Below, one piece after another: positions 63,570 through 64,000 of a stretch of 64,000 nucleotides of DNA. The notes under the pieces are model-generated. The model saw only the letters and a program-made list of their open reading frames with translations. It ran no database searches and had not been told where the DNA came from. Positions within the stretch are counted from its first letter, which is position 1. Each line of letters starts with the position of its first letter. Source of the DNA: Prochlorococcus sp. AG-347-K10 (GTDB lineage Bacteria; Cyanobacteriota; Cyanobacteriia; PCC-6307; Cyanobiaceae); NCBI GenBank assembly GCA_003278955.1, contig QCCB01000007.1, positions 911-64,910 of the forward strand. The letters run 5' to 3'. The position numbers were made by a program, and so were the translations under genes.

Positions 63570-64000
63570 TCCACCACCTAATAAAATTTCTCCTTTATAA
63601 AAAACTGCAGCTTGTCCAGGTGTTACCGAACTTTGACTTTCTTCAAAAATTAATTTAAATGATGTAGTTGGATTATCTAAATTTTTCAAAGGTATTAAAG
63701 TTCCTTTTACTGGATGACTTCTATATCTGATTTGTGCTTCTACTTCTATCTCTTGTTTAGGTTCTTCGATTGAAACCCAGTTAACTTTACTAATTATTGC
63801 TTCTCTATTAAATAGATCACTTTTATCTGCTACATATACTATGTTTTTAACCCTGTCTAAACTTTTTACATATAGAGGTTCAGGCCAACCAATGCCTAAG
63901 CCTTTTCTTTGACCTACTGTAAAGTGCTGAATTCCATTGTGCTTTCCAAGGACTTTCCCATTTACATGAACAATTTCTCCTTCTTTGGGTTCAATGTGTT
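63543..64000 (-). CDS. mnmA: tRNA 2-thiouridylase MnmA, 3' part (runs off the window)
   Basis: Manual minus-strand translation gives [19 protein letters not shown] and [27 protein letters not shown]. Confidence 0.93.
   Translation of the reverse strand, partial: HIEPKEGEIVHVNGKVLGKHNGIQHFTVGQRKGLGIGWPEPLYVKSLDRVKNIVYVADKSDLFNREAIISKVNWVSIEEPKQEIEVEAQIRYRSHPVKGTLIPLKNLDNPTTSFKLIFEESQSSVTPGQAAVFYKGEILLGGGLIDFPKEI

Noticed and set aside
1-64000. CRISPR array, IS element, prophage, integrase or restriction/defence system
   Set aside because: No regularly spaced repeats, transposase, integrase or phage genes were seen, and no duplicated tRNA 3' ends were noticed by eye

Overview
Very AT-rich, densely coding chromosomal segment of a marine picocyanobacterium, almost certainly Prochlorococcus and probably a high-light ecotype (inference). 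Evidence: kaiB-kaiC without kaiA, nickel superoxide dismutase, an hli gene, nblS, clpR-clpP3, petF and tiny intergenic spacers. The window is essentially core genome: serA, prmA, petF, rnz, truB, rpmA/rplU, kaiBC, nblS, purD/purC, bamA-lpxC-fabZ-lpxA-lpxB-msrA, pepA, tyrS, pyrF, plsY, a GPH-family sugar transporter, glgX, HU, cbiB, ilvC, clpP/clpR, hemW, panB, ftsZ-ftsQ-ddl-miaB, folC, argD, murA, lpdA, trpC, the Ni-SOD cluster, an FKBP, lnt and partial mnmA. It also holds four tRNAs (Val-GAC, Gly-TCC, His-GTG, Leu-CAA) and the SRP RNA. I saw no integrase, transposase, prophage, CRISPR array or defence system, and cannot support a large novel system. The best second-look items are small-scale: (i) sodX, whose catalytic serine lies upstream of the only canonical start, implying a non-canonical ATC start overlapping the sodN stop (TAATC); (ii) argD starting 5 nt after the 3' end of a CCA-less tRNA-Leu; (iii) an uncalled 35-aa membrane-peptide ORF; (iv) a TrmH-family gene also lacking a canonical start; (v) candidate structured or regulatory elements upstream of murA, rplU, hup and the nickel genes. 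All product calls come from motif and family recognition by eye, with no database search.
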